From an uncultured archaeon (lineage in GTDB: Archaea > Iainarchaeota > Iainarchaeia > Iainarchaeales > GCA-2688035): a DNA stretch of 64,000 nucleotides. How positions within the stretch are numbered: position 1 is the stretch's first letter; each line of letters starts with the position of its first letter. Below the pieces are notes generated by a model. It searched no databases and was not told the DNA's origin. It worked only from the letters and a program-made list of their open reading frames with translations. The stretch covers positions 28,246-92,245 of the forward strand of contig CAYHBD010000028.1 of assembly GCA_964354805.1 (NCBI GenBank), read 5' to 3'. A program made the position numbers and the translations under genes. Of this stretch, positions 1 to 9,629 are shown piece by piece.

Positions 1-249
1 GAAAAGCACGCATTCAAGTTTATGGCAAAAGAAACAGCGACAAATGCGGCAATGGACGAAGGCGGCAAACTTGTATTAAACGGGAAATTCAGCAGCCAGC
101 AGATAAACGACCTAGTTGCAAGCTACATTAACCAGTTTGTTTTATGCCCAGAATGCAAAAGGCCGGACACCGAGGTGGTTGAAAAACAGGGCGTCAGAAT
201 GCTGCACTGCGAGGCATGCGGCGCAATCAGGCCGGTAAAAGGATTGTAA
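1..249 (+). CDS. eif2b: Translation initiation factor aIF-2 beta, C-terminal part (5' end outside window)
   Basis: Frame open from base 1; C-terminal zinc ribbon CPECKRPDT...CEACGA typical of aIF-2beta. Confidence 0.93.
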   Translation, partial: EKHAFKFMAKETATNAAMDEGGKLVLNGKFSSQQINDLVASYINQFVLCPECKRPDTEVVEKQGVRMLHCEACGAIRPVKGL

Positions 250-305
250 TTTTTGGGAAAATGCGGTGAAAAGAAAAAGAGGGCAATGAAAGGATTGTAA
301 TTTTT
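238..305 (+). repeat. Gene-end echo of aIF-2beta
   Basis: AAAGGATTGTAATTTTT exact at 238-254 and 289-305; ATGCGG also at 216 and 261. Confidence 0.85.
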
Positions 306-338
306 TGAATGCAAAGGAAAGAAAAAACATTAAAGTGA

Positions 339-647
339 TTGAAGGTGGGCACTGATTTGTTTCACAAGATTCACAGCATGCAGGGAAAGCAGGTCCTGGC
401 TGTCTGCGACAAGCAAGTGGTTGGAAAGCAATTGCGGCAGGGGGAAATTGAATTCAATGTGAGCGAGCGCTTTTTCAAGGAAAAAGAACTAAGCGAAAAG
501 GAATTAAGGGAATTGCTGCATGAATTTGATAACATTAACCTTGTTGGAAACAAGGCTGTTGCAATTGCAATTGATGAAAAGATTGCATCAAAAGAAAACG
601 TAATTGAAATCCAAGGAGTAAAGCACGTTCAAATATTCAAAATCTGA
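339..647 (+). CDS. DUF424 family protein
   Basis: LAVCD..., FNVSERFF, INLVGNKAV, GVKHVQI motifs; usual neighbour of aIF-2beta. Confidence 0.85.
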   Translation: MKVGTDLFHKIHSMQGKQVLAVCDKQVVGKQLRQGEIEFNVSERFFKEKELSEKELRELLHEFDNINLVGNKAVAIAIDEKIASKENVIEIQGVKHVQIFKI

Positions 648-668
648 TTTTTTTTGGAGTTGCCCTGA

Positions 669-998
669 ATGCCCGGAAACAAAAACAGGAAGGACGGCAA
701 AGAAGAGGAGCCAATCACCAGGCTAAGGTTTCCGAGGAAGGAAGACAACGAGCAATTTGGCCTTGTAACGCAGCTTATGGGCGCAAACCAGGTTAAAGCA
801 ATTTGCCAGGATGGAAAGGAAAGAATGTGCAGGATCCCTGGCAAGCTGAGAAAAAGGGTCTGGGTAAGGGTAAACGACGTTGTCATTGTAAAAGTATGGG
901 ACTTCCAGCCAATAAAGGGAGACATAATGTGGCGCTTCTTGGGAAACCAGACAGAATGGCTGAGAAGAAAAGGAATGCTGCAAGGGCTGCCTCTGTAA
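669..998 (+). CDS. eif1a: Translation initiation factor aIF-1A
   Basis: OB fold motif C.DGKERMCRIPGKLRKRVW...WDFQ..KGDI. Confidence 0.96.
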   Translation: MPGNKNRKDGKEEEPITRLRFPRKEDNEQFGLVTQLMGANQVKAICQDGKERMCRIPGKLRKRVWVRVNDVVIVKVWDFQPIKGDIMWRFLGNQTEWLRRKGMLQGLPL

Positions 999-1122
999 AA
1001 ATTAAATTATTAGTTTTTCACCTAAGTAAAAAAAGCAATATTTAAACAGCAGTGAACACTAATTGTTTCCAGCTGAAGGCAAAATTTCCCAAGGGTTTTT
1101 TGCATCAGCAAAAAAGGCTTAG

Positions 1123-3075
1123 GTGATTTGCTTGAACAAATGGAATTTTTTTGGAACACTTGTTTTAATTGCGGTTATTGCTATTGCTGCGCTTGGAACA
1201 CAGCCCACGCCGCCAGTTGTTAACCCGCCTGTTTCATTCAAGGAAATGCCGCGCTTTGAAAGCGAGGCAGCAATGATTGCCGCTTTCGAGAAAGCGCAGG
1301 CTGAAGGCAGGCAATACGGAATGTGGGACGTGGTAAAGGGCGTTGCCGTGCCAATGGCTGCGCCAAGTATGGCAACAGGCGCTGAAAGCGCAAACGGCGG
1401 CACAGTTGATTATTCAACAACGAACATTCAGGTTGAGGGAGTTGATGAAGCAGACATTGTAAAGAGCGACGGAAAATACATTTACAATTTTTCGCAAAAC
1501 AGGCTTATTATAACCGACGCTTACCCGATTGAGAATGCAGCGATTTTGTCAAAAACAGAGCTGCAGAATGTAACCCCGCAGGAAATGTTTGTAGCAGGGG
1601 ACAAGCTGCTTTTGTTCGGATACAAGTATGAAGAACAAGATGCACAGAGTGAAGCTAAAAGCATTGCAGTTGGGGAATACTACCCTTATGGGGGAAGCAA
1701 TAAGGTCATTGCCAGGTTGTATGACATAAGCGACAGGGCAAACCCAAAGGTTGAGAAAGAAATTGAATTCGAGGGAAGTTATGTAACAAGCAGGCTGATT
1801 GGCTCCAACGCTTACTTTGTTGTAAACAGCTGGCCTCGAAACTGGGTTTGCGAAGACGGCAAGGAAGGATGCATAATTCCATTGATGGTTGAAGATGGCG
1901 TTGAGAAAAAGGTTGCGGAAGCAACGGAAATCGGCTACATTCCGCCAATGCCTGCAAGCAGCTTTGTTACAATCGCATCACTGAACCTTGAAACAGAGGA
2001 AATGCAGAAGGAAACAATTGCAGGAAGCGCGGAGACAGTGTATGCATCCCAGAACAGCATTTACCTTGCAGGCACCAGCTGGCTGCCTCCGGAAACACCA
2101 ATAGTGGGCGCGGTTGAGAGAATCATTACAGGGGACAGGGAAAAGACAGTGATAAACAAATTTGGATTGCAGGAAGGAAAAATAGGCTATGTCGGCCAGG
2201 GCGAGGTGCCAGGCCATGTCTTGAACCAGTTCTCAATGGACGAGTTTGAGGGAAATTTCAGGATTGCAACAACAGTTGGCCAGGTTTCAAGGATGGGCAG
2301 CGGAACCACAAACAACCTTTATGTGCTGGATACTGAAATGAACACCATTGGAAAGCTGGAAGACTTGGCCCCTGGCGAAAAGATTTACTCAGCGCGCTTC
2401 ATGGGAAAAAGGGCTTACATGGTTACATTCAAAAAGGTCGATCCATTGTTTGTAATTGATGTCAGCGAGCCGACTAACCCAAAGGTTTTGGGAAAGCTGA
2501 AGATTCCAGGATTCAGCGATTATTTGCACCCGATTGATGAAACGCATTTGATCGGCGTTGGAAAGGAAACAATTGAGGCAGTGAAAGGTGATTTCGCCTG
2601 GTATCAGGGGATGAAGCTGGCTGTCTTTGATGTAAGCGATGTGGCAAACCCAATTGAAATGCACAAGGTTGTGATTGGAGACAGGGGCACTGACAGCTAT
2701 GCATTGTACGACCACAAGGCATTCCTTTATGACAAGGAAAAGGAATTGCTTGTGCTGCCGATAATGTTATCAGAGATTCCGGCGGAGCAGAAGAAGCCAA
2801 TTGAAAACGAAAGCATTTCCCCAACTTATGGAGAGCCGGTTTTCCAGGGAGCATTTGTTTTTAGGCTCACTTTGGAGAACGGCTTTGAGGAGAGAGGCAG
2901 GATAACGCATGTAACAGGGGAAGACGAATTGAAAAGAGGCTATTATTACAGCGATGAATACAGCGTCAAAAGGGCATTGTACATTGGAAACGTCCTGTAC
3001 ACCTTGAGCGACAGCATGCTGAAAGCAAACGCGCTTGACACGCTTTCGGAATTGAAGGAATTTGCTTTTGAATAA
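1123..3075 (+). CDS. Secreted beta-propeller domain protein (Beta_propel family)
   Basis: N-terminal hydrophobic segment; YSTTNIQVEGVDEADIVKSDG, LNQFSMDE, GEKIYSARF, GKLKIPGFSDYLHP motifs. Confidence 0.9.
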   Translation: MICLNKWNFFGTLVLIAVIAIAALGTQPTPPVVNPPVSFKEMPRFESEAAMIAAFEKAQAEGRQYGMWDVVKGVAVPMAAPSMATGAESANGGTVDYSTTNIQVEGVDEADIVKSDGKYIYNFSQNRLIITDAYPIENAAILSKTELQNVTPQEMFVAGDKLLLFGYKYEEQDAQSEAKSIAVGEYYPYGGSNKVIARLYDISDRANPKVEKEIEFEGSYVTSRLIGSNAYFVVNSWPRNWVCEDGKEGCIIPLMVEDGVEKKVAEATEIGYIPPMPASSFVTIASLNLETEEMQKETIAGSAETVYASQNSIYLAGTSWLPPETPIVGAVERIITGDREKTVINKFGLQEGKIGYVGQGEVPGHVLNQFSMDEFEGNFRIATTVGQVSRMGSGTTNNLYVLDTEMNTIGKLEDLAPGEKIYSARFMGKRAYMVTFKKVDPLFVIDVSEPTNPKVLGKLKIPGFSDYLHPIDETHLIGVGKETIEAVKGDFAWYQGMKLAVFDVSDVANPIEMHKVVIGDRGTDSYALYDHKAFLYDKEKELLVLPIMLSEIPAEQKKPIENESISPTYGEPVFQGAFVFRLTLENGFEERGRITHVTGEDELKRGYYYSDEYSVKRALYIGNVLYTLSDSMLKANALDTLSELKEFAFE

Positions 3076-3186
3076 ATTCCTTCCCTTTTTCTTTTTATTT
3101 CCCAAAGGATTTTTTTCACGTAAGCGAAAAATGCTTTTTTCTTCCCCCAATTAATAATTTAAACCTCTTTCAGCCTAATTCCTTTC

Positions 3187-3951
3187 ATGCAGAGCGAAAG
3201 CAAGGAAGAATTTGATTTGCGGAAATTTGTTCCAAAAGAAGAGCACAGAAAGACGTTTGCAAAGGTTTTTGACCAAGAAACAATAGCCGCGGTGCACAAG
3301 CTTGCTACAAAAGGATACTTGGATGTATTAGAGCATGTTATAAGCACCGGAAAGGAAGCTCACGTTTTCAAGGCTCTGGACAGCGCCGGCAACAGCAGGG
3401 CAGTGAAAATCTACAAAACAGATACAAGCGATTTCAACAGAATGCACAGGTACCTGCAGGGAGACATAAGATTCAAGCAGGTTAGGCACACAAAGCACGA
3501 CATTGTTTTTGCCTGGACAAAAAAAGAATTCAAGAACCTTTCCTTAATGAACGAGGCCGGCGTCAGGGCACCACTGCCTGCTGCATTCCACAGAAACGTG
3601 CTGGTAATGGAATTCATCGGGGATACCGAGGGCAATCCAGCACCAACACTGAAGGATTCGCGGCCAAAGGATTTGCACCAGGCATATGAAACAATTGTCG
3701 ATTTTCTCGCAAGGTTGTTGTTCAAAGCAGAGCTTGTCTACGCCGATTTCTCGGAATACAACATTTTGAACAACGCCGGCGAACTGGTTTTAATTGACGC
3801 TGGCCAGGCTGTTTTAACAACCCACCCTGAAGCAGAAAGCTTTTTTGACAGAGACATAAAAAACACTGCCCATTATTTCTCAAAGCACGGACTGCAGAAA
3901 ACAGCGGAGCAACTGAAGGAAGACGTAAAGGCAAGAAAGGGAAAAATTTGA
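3187..3951 (+). CDS. rio1: RIO1 family Ser/Thr kinase
   Basis: ISTGKEAHVF, AVKIY, W..KEFKNL, ADFSEYNIL, ID.GQAV...HP. Confidence 0.95.
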   Translation: MQSESKEEFDLRKFVPKEEHRKTFAKVFDQETIAAVHKLATKGYLDVLEHVISTGKEAHVFKALDSAGNSRAVKIYKTDTSDFNRMHRYLQGDIRFKQVRHTKHDIVFAWTKKEFKNLSLMNEAGVRAPLPAAFHRNVLVMEFIGDTEGNPAPTLKDSRPKDLHQAYETIVDFLARLLFKAELVYADFSEYNILNNAGELVLIDAGQAVLTTHPEAESFFDRDIKNTAHYFSKHGLQKTAEQLKEDVKARKGKI

Positions 3952-3990
3952 GGTTGGGGAAGCTTAAAAAAATCAAAGAGGGGCTTTTTT

Positions 3991-4335
3991 ATGCCAAATT
4001 TTAATCGAGGAAGAATTAACCGAGGGCAAAATAAACCAAAAGGCAAACAAAAAGTAGGGCAAACAGGCAGGCCAAGAGTGGGGCAGAAAAAGGTGTTTCC
4101 AAAGGTGGAAAATTTACAAGAGCTTGTGCGACAAAAAAGTGAGCTTGGAAAACAATGGAGAGGGCTGTTGGAGCAGATCAAAAAAAGTGGAAAGGCTTGG
4201 GGAGACCAAGAAAATTTACCGCTATGGGCCGAGATTGGAGCGCTCGTTAGAAAAATTAGTAGAATAGATGGCAAAATCCGAGGCAGCAAAACCCAAGGGC
4301 CACGCTATGGAAGAAGATCGAACAAAAAGGGTTAG
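3991..4335 (+). CDS. Hypothetical Arg/Lys-rich orphan protein
   Basis: 114-aa ATG ORF in the gap between rio1 and the KH gene; TATA-like TTAAAAAA about 25 nt upstream. Confidence 0.65.
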   Translation: MPNFNRGRINRGQNKPKGKQKVGQTGRPRVGQKKVFPKVENLQELVRQKSELGKQWRGLLEQIKKSGKAWGDQENLPLWAEIGALVRKISRIDGKIRGSKTQGPRYGRRSNKKG

Positions 4336-4473
4336 CGGAAATGCATGCAAAAAAAGCGCAAAATTTTCAGCTAATCGGCAGCGCCGTAAAACCCATTATA
4401 ACCCGTTTTTAAGCCAATTTGACGCATTTTATGTGAATCGTGTTTTTCTTGGAATCAGCTTATTAAAGCTTTC

Positions 4474-4493
4474 CAATATATTATAATATATTG
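4474..4493. promoter_or_regulatory. Perfect 20-bp palindrome, candidate operator of the KH-top6B-top6A unit
   Basis: CAATATATTA|TAATATATTG directly downstream of TATA-like TTATTAAAG. Confidence 0.5.
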
Positions 4494-4517
4494 CTTATAA
4501 TAGAGCGGTGTCTTTTT

Positions 4518-5063
4518 TTGCCTTCTGAATTGGTTGAGCTTGTTAAGATTCCAAAGGAAAGAGTCGGCGCCCTAATCGGCCCTGGCGGCAAAACAAAGCA
4601 AAAGCTGCAGCAGCTGGCTGGAGTAAAAATTTCGGTTGACAGCGAAACAGGCGAGGTGGAATTGCAGGGCAAGCCAGAGAGTGCGGAGAATTTTTACAAC
4701 GCTGCCAATGTTGTCAAGGCGATTGGCAGGGGGTTTTCGCCGCAAAACGCGCTGTTGCTGCTTGAACAGGATTACTTGCTTGATGTGATAAAAGTAAGCG
4801 ACATTGTTTCAGGCGGCGAGAAAACAATTAAAACAAGAAAAGGCAGGGTAATCGGAAGGCATGGAAAGGCTCGCGAGATAATTGAAAGGGAAACAGACAG
4901 CAAGATTGTTGTTTTGGGAAAAACGGTTGCAATAATCGCAAGGCCAGAGGAAATGCAGACAGCGAGGAAAGCGGTTGAAATGCTTTTAGAGGGGGCAGAG
5001 CACAGCACAATTTACAAGCTCCTGCAACGCAAAAGGAGCGAAGAGAAAAAATTCAGCATTTAA
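4518..5063 (+). CDS. KH-domain RNA-processing protein (Dim2/Pno1-like)
   Basis: Two KH GxxG motifs (LIGPGG, VIGRHG), AIGRGFS; start placed at TTG 4518 behind GCGGTG (ORF open from 4491). Confidence 0.92.
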   Translation: MPSELVELVKIPKERVGALIGPGGKTKQKLQQLAGVKISVDSETGEVELQGKPESAENFYNAANVVKAIGRGFSPQNALLLLEQDYLLDVIKVSDIVSGGEKTIKTRKGRVIGRHGKAREIIERETDSKIVVLGKTVAIIARPEEMQTARKAVEMLLEGAEHSTIYKLLQRKRSEEKKFSI

Positions 5064-5159
5064 GGAAGCAGCAAAAAAATAATTAAAAAAACCAAAAAAT
5101 AAACAAAAAATTTGAAAAAATAAAAACAAATTGAAAAAATTCGGCTTTTGAGGTGCAGC
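5045..5159 (+). repeat. Gene-end echo of the KH gene
   Basis: GAAAAAATTCAGCATTTAAGGAAGCAGC (5045-5072) vs GAAAAAATTCGGCTTTTGAGG-TGCAGC (5133-5159). Confidence 0.7.
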
Positions 5160-5162
5160 GGT

Positions 5163-6902
5163 ATGCCTGAGCAAAAAAACAATGATGATGAACCAATTGA
5201 CGCTGAAGCGCTTGCAAAGGAGTTCAGGGACCAAAGCGTTGCAGAGTTCTTCAAAAAAAACAAGCAAATGCTCGGCCTGACAGGAAAAATCAGGACGCTT
5301 ACAACAATAGTGCATGAATATACAACCAATGCCCTGGACGCCTGCGAGGAAGCAAAGATTCTGCCTGAAATCGAAGTGAAAATCTCAGAGCTTGGAGAAG
5401 AGCATTACGAGGTAATGGTTAAGGATAACGGCCCTGGCCTGACAGAGCAGACAATAGGAAAAGCATTTGCACAGATGCTGAGCGGCACGAAATTCCACAG
5501 GCTGATGCAGAGCAGGGGGCAGCAGGGGATAGGCGCTTCAGGCTGCACAATGCTTTCCCTGATGACAACAGGCAAGCAAATTGAGGTCATTACAGGAAGC
5601 GGAAAAAAAACCCTGATGGCAGAGCTGACAATTGACCCAAAGAAAAACGAACCGAAGATAATCAAAATAGAGGAAATAAAGAAAGAATTCAGGGGCACTG
5701 CAGTAAAAGCGCAATTCAAGGGGATAAAATACCAGAAAAGCGACCAGGGGGCATTTGAATATCTGCGAAGAACGGCGATTGCAAACCCGCACGCAAAAAT
5801 AATTTTCATTGAGCCTGACGGCACAAAAACCGTTTTTGAAAGAACCTCAAAGGTGATTCCGCCGCGTAGCATTGAAGTAAAACCGCACCCCAAGGGCGTT
5901 ACAGTTGACGAAATTCTGACAATGGCAAAATCAAGCGAGGCAAGAAAGGTTTCTTCTTTCCTGAAAAATGATTTCGACAGGATGGGCGACAAGGCAGTAG
6001 AGGACATATCAAAGCACATCACTTTCGACTTAAACAAGGACCCAAAAAGATTGGAGTGGCACGAGGCAGAGGAAATAGTCAAGGCAATAAAAAGCATACA
6101 GTTCATTGCCCCAAGAACGGATTCGTTAAGGCCGATTGGAAAAGAGAGGGTTGAGGCAGCCCTTAAAGAAATAGTGCAGCCGGAATTCTTGAGCGTTGTG
6201 GAAAGAAAGCCGCAGGTGCACAGCGGTGGCTATGCTTTTCAGGTTGAAGCAGCTGTTGCATTCGGAGGCAATGCAGGCAGAAGCAGCGGCGAAGTAATAG
6301 AGAACAGTGACGGGACGAAAAGCGAGATCAGGAGAGTTGAAATAATGCGCTTTGCAAACCGCGTTCCCCTGTTGTTTGACGGCGGCGGATGCGCTCTGAC
6401 AAAGGCAGTCCAAAGCATTGAATGGAAACGCTATGGAATCAGGGACATGGATAACGCGCCATTGACTGTTTTTGCGCACATTCTTTCAGTGCACATTCCT
6501 TACACAGGCGCAGGAAAGCAGGCTGTAACAGACGAAGAAGCAATAATGGAAGAATTGCGCCTGGCAATAATGGACACAGGCAGGAGAATTTACCATTTCG
6601 TTGCAGGAAAGAGAAGGGAAGCCGAAAAGCAGGCAAAGAGAAAGCTGTTCATGAAATACGCTACAGAGGTTGCAATCGCACTGAATGTTTTAACCGGAAA
6701 AAGCGTAAAGCTGATTGAGGAAAAGCTGCACGACATTGTGCTCAAGAGGCTGAAACTTGAGGAAAAACACGAAAAGGAATTGGAAGAAGAAATGAGCGAA
6801 GAGGATTTGAAAAAAGAAGCGAAAAAGACAGCAAAGGAAAAAAAGAAAGCAAAGAAAGGAAAAAGGAAAAGCGCTCTTGCGGAAAAAGGCAGCGAAGAGT
6901 AA
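5163..6902 (+). CDS. top6B: DNA topoisomerase VI subunit B
   Basis: GHKL motifs E...NALDACEE, DNGPG, QSRGQQGIG; RFANRVPLL; ATG 5163 behind GAGGTG. Confidence 0.97.
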   Translation: MPEQKNNDDEPIDAEALAKEFRDQSVAEFFKKNKQMLGLTGKIRTLTTIVHEYTTNALDACEEAKILPEIEVKISELGEEHYEVMVKDNGPGLTEQTIGKAFAQMLSGTKFHRLMQSRGQQGIGASGCTMLSLMTTGKQIEVITGSGKKTLMAELTIDPKKNEPKIIKIEEIKKEFRGTAVKAQFKGIKYQKSDQGAFEYLRRTAIANPHAKIIFIEPDGTKTVFERTSKVIPPRSIEVKPHPKGVTVDEILTMAKSSEARKVSSFLKNDFDRMGDKAVEDISKHITFDLNKDPKRLEWHEAEEIVKAIKSIQFIAPRTDSLRPIGKERVEAALKEIVQPEFLSVVERKPQVHSGGYAFQVEAAVAFGGNAGRSSGEVIENSDGTKSEIRRVEIMRFANRVPLLFDGGGCALTKAVQSIEWKRYGIRDMDNAPLTVFAHILSVHIPYTGAGKQAVTDEEAIMEELRLAIMDTGRRIYHFVAGKRREAEKQAKRKLFMKYATEVAIALNVLTGKSVKLIEEKLHDIVLKRLKLEEKHEKELEEEMSEEDLKKEAKKTAKEKKKAKKGKRKSALAEKGSEE

Positions 6903-6955
6903 AAGATGGGGGAAAGAAAAAAATTTAAAGTTGCAGAAAAAACAACGAAGAATAA
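6877..6955 (+). repeat. Gene-end echo of top6B
   Basis: TTGCGGAAAAAGGCAGCGAAGAGTAA (6877-6902) vs TTGCAGAAAAA-ACAACGAAGAATAA (6931-6955). Confidence 0.65.
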
Positions 6956-7013
6956 AAAATTAATGAAAGCTGAAAAGGCAAAAAAAAACGCTTTAAAAAA
7001 CGGGTGATGGAGA

Positions 7014-8102
7014 ATGAAGGACAGCGAAGTAATAAAAAAGCTTGAAAACGCAGGCGACGGCATACTGAAGCAGATAAACAAGGGGGAAAACCCATCCTAT
7101 GAGCTGCCTGTCAGGACATTGAACAACATTTACTTCGACCAGAAAAGCAGGACAATAAAGCTTGGCGACAAAACAAGCGAAAGGCAGTTCCTTAACGTTG
7201 CCCACACGAGGAAATTCATGCAGACAATGCTGATTGCAGCTGAAATAAAAAAAGTAATAGGTGAAAAAGCAACAATAAGCATCAGGGACCTGTATTATGC
7301 GCTGAAGCACACAATCGCTGACACAAACGAGAACACGTTTGACGAACAAAGCGAAAGTGATCCGCTTATAGAAGACATTGAGGCATCGCTTGACCTTTTA
7401 AGGGAAGAGCTGCACCTTGCCGCAAGCAGCAAGGGCGTTATTGTCGGAGACATGGTGATAAAGGACGGCAAGGACAAGATTGATTTGACCAGAATGGGCA
7501 GTGGCGGCTGGGGAGTTCCAAGCAATGTTGAGCCAGACAGGATTGAAATAAAGGATGTTGCCGCTGAATACGTTTTGTTCATTGAAAAAGATGCTGTCTG
7601 GAAGCGCTTCAACGAGGACTTGTTCTGGAAGAAGCACAAATGCATTTTGATTACTGGAAGAGGGCAGCCGAGCAGGGCTGAAAGGCGCTTGGTTCAGCGC
7701 TTGAACCATGAGTTTAAGCTGCCGGTTCTTGCTTTAATGGATGCCGACCCTTGGGGAATGTACATTTACAGCGTAATAAAGCAGGGCAGCATCAGCCTTT
7801 CCTACAGCGAGGAAAAGCTTGCAACACCCGAAACAAAATACATTGGCCTGACAGTCAAGGATGTTGAAACATTCAAGATTCCAAAAGAAGTGACAATCAA
7901 GCTGAACCATCTGGACATAAAGAGGCTGAATGAAATGAAAAACTACGAGTGGTTCAAGAACAAGCCATGGCAGGAGGAATTCCAGTTAATGAAAGACAAG
8001 GCAATCAAGTTGGAGCTGGAAGCACTGAGCAAAAAGGGAATTCGCTTCATCACAGAGGAATATTTGCCGCAAAAAATCAAAACCAAGGACTTTTTGCCGT
8101 AA
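7014..8102 (+). CDS. top6A: DNA topoisomerase VI subunit A
   Basis: SIRDLYY catalytic Tyr region, TOPRIM IEKDA and DADPWG, KLELEAL. Confidence 0.97.
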   Translation: MKDSEVIKKLENAGDGILKQINKGENPSYELPVRTLNNIYFDQKSRTIKLGDKTSERQFLNVAHTRKFMQTMLIAAEIKKVIGEKATISIRDLYYALKHTIADTNENTFDEQSESDPLIEDIEASLDLLREELHLAASSKGVIVGDMVIKDGKDKIDLTRMGSGGWGVPSNVEPDRIEIKDVAAEYVLFIEKDAVWKRFNEDLFWKKHKCILITGRGQPSRAERRLVQRLNHEFKLPVLALMDADPWGMYIYSVIKQGSISLSYSEEKLATPETKYIGLTVKDVETFKIPKEVTIKLNHLDIKRLNEMKNYEWFKNKPWQEEFQLMKDKAIKLELEALSKKGIRFITEEYLPQKIKTKDFLP

Positions 8103-8106
8103 AGAG

Positions 8107-9624
8107 CTAACCTATTTTCTTTACTATTCCTTTCTCCGCATCCACTTCCACCAAGTCATCATCCTTAAGCACCTGTGTTGCAATCCTTGTTCCAACAATG
8201 CAGGGGATTCTGAATTCCCTTGCAACAATTGCAGCATGGCATGTAAGGCCACCGATGTCCGTTACTATGGCAGCAGCCATGTCCATTGCAGGCAACAGGT
8301 TGGGATTCGTTGCATGTGAAACAAGCACATCGCCCTTATTCATTTTGAATATTTCATTCGGGTGGTTGATTACTTTTACCCTGCCTTTGACAAAACCCTG
8401 GAATGCCGGCGTTCCCTTTAATTCTTTTGCCTTGCTTACTGCTTCAACTTTTACATTAGCCTTATACCATTTCCTCGCATCTTCCCCGACAAGGAAAGTT
8501 CTTTTGCCATTAACTGCAAAGAACACGCTGTACTTGATTCTTTCCTTTAACACCGAAAAGTCTTTGAATTTTCCCTGCAAGGCATCAATCAATTCCTGCC
8601 TCCGCATGTAACGCACCTCATCAAGCGTTATGCCAAGCCTTTTCGCTATTTCATTGAACAGCTTTTCAAGCACAAAGCAGCCGAAATACATTGCATCTTT
8701 CCTGTAAGCCTTTGTCTCAACCAGCCTTCTTGGAAAAGAAAAAATAATTCTCTCTGCTTCACTATCACAAATTCTCTGCAGCAACTTTTCCTGCAAAGGC
8801 AGAAGCCTCTTGTTCTGCTCAAGCTCTTCCCTAACTGAGTCAGTGGCTGTCATGTTCTCCTTAATCCGCTGCACAAAATATGCTTTTTGCAATACTGGGC
8901 CTTCGTACATGAAAAAAATCCACAAAAAATTTTTGTAATGTTCTTCAAGCAGCTTATCAAATTCCGGGAATTGCTTTGGCAGTGCCTGCAAAATTTCATC
9001 CACGCTCTTTTCGCTGAATAACTGCTTCAGCGCTTCATCACTTAAAACTTTTTCAATCAGCGCCAGCTGCTTTCCCCTTTCCTCCGCAAGAATGCTTTCA
9101 GTATGCATCTGGCTGAGCAAGGCAAATGCATTCGGCAGATTTATTTCACTCTTTTTTTGCTTTAGTTTCTCTGCAAGCAGCAGCCTGATTTTTGAGGAAA
9201 TGAATTCCTCACTGAATTCCCCAATTAAAGTAAACATTCCAACTATGTGGGCTTCAATGTAAGCAGAGTGAATCCTCTCGAATATTTCCCGCAATTCCTG
9301 CTTTGATTTCTTTTCAAAATCAATTGAAAGCGTTTGCCTTGCAATAGCAAAATAAGTATCCGCATTTTTATCTATTTCCTGCAAATTTCTCTCAAGCCAT
9401 TTTGGGTCAGCAATCGCCTTTTCCGCAACCCTCTTGCCTGCTTCAAGGAATTCGCTTTCAACCGCAAGCAACTCAATTGTCTTGTTCTCAAACTTCACGC
9501 CTGCACCAATCGGCACAGCGGGCTCAGGCAAAACGCTTAAATAAGTAAGAAAATCAGTTGTTTTCATCGGGTAAATTCTCCTAATCGTTTCCCAAACAAA
9601 CCATCGCTTTTCTTTTCCAGCCAT
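8107..9624 (-). CDS. PEP-utilising mobile (phospho-His) domain protein with large helical N-terminal region and no ATP-grasp domain
   Basis: C-terminal GDVLVSHATNP...TDIGGLTCHAAIVAREFRIPCIVG; no nucleotide-binding motifs N-terminally. Confidence 0.88.
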   Translation of the reverse strand: MAGKEKRWFVWETIRRIYPMKTTDFLTYLSVLPEPAVPIGAGVKFENKTIELLAVESEFLEAGKRVAEKAIADPKWLERNLQEIDKNADTYFAIARQTLSIDFEKKSKQELREIFERIHSAYIEAHIVGMFTLIGEFSEEFISSKIRLLLAEKLKQKKSEINLPNAFALLSQMHTESILAEERGKQLALIEKVLSDEALKQLFSEKSVDEILQALPKQFPEFDKLLEEHYKNFLWIFFMYEGPVLQKAYFVQRIKENMTATDSVREELEQNKRLLPLQEKLLQRICDSEAERIIFSFPRRLVETKAYRKDAMYFGCFVLEKLFNEIAKRLGITLDEVRYMRRQELIDALQGKFKDFSVLKERIKYSVFFAVNGKRTFLVGEDARKWYKANVKVEAVSKAKELKGTPAFQGFVKGRVKVINHPNEIFKMNKGDVLVSHATNPNLLPAMDMAAAIVTDIGGLTCHAAIVAREFRIPCIVGTRIATQVLKDDDLVEVDAEKGIVKKIG

Positions 9625-9629
9625 TTTTC

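Noticed and set aside
6906-7007. 33-aa Lys-rich ORF MGERKKFKV... between top6B and top6A
   Set aside because: A-rich sequence is naturally poor in stops and the ORF runs across the top6B echo out of frame; no independent support.
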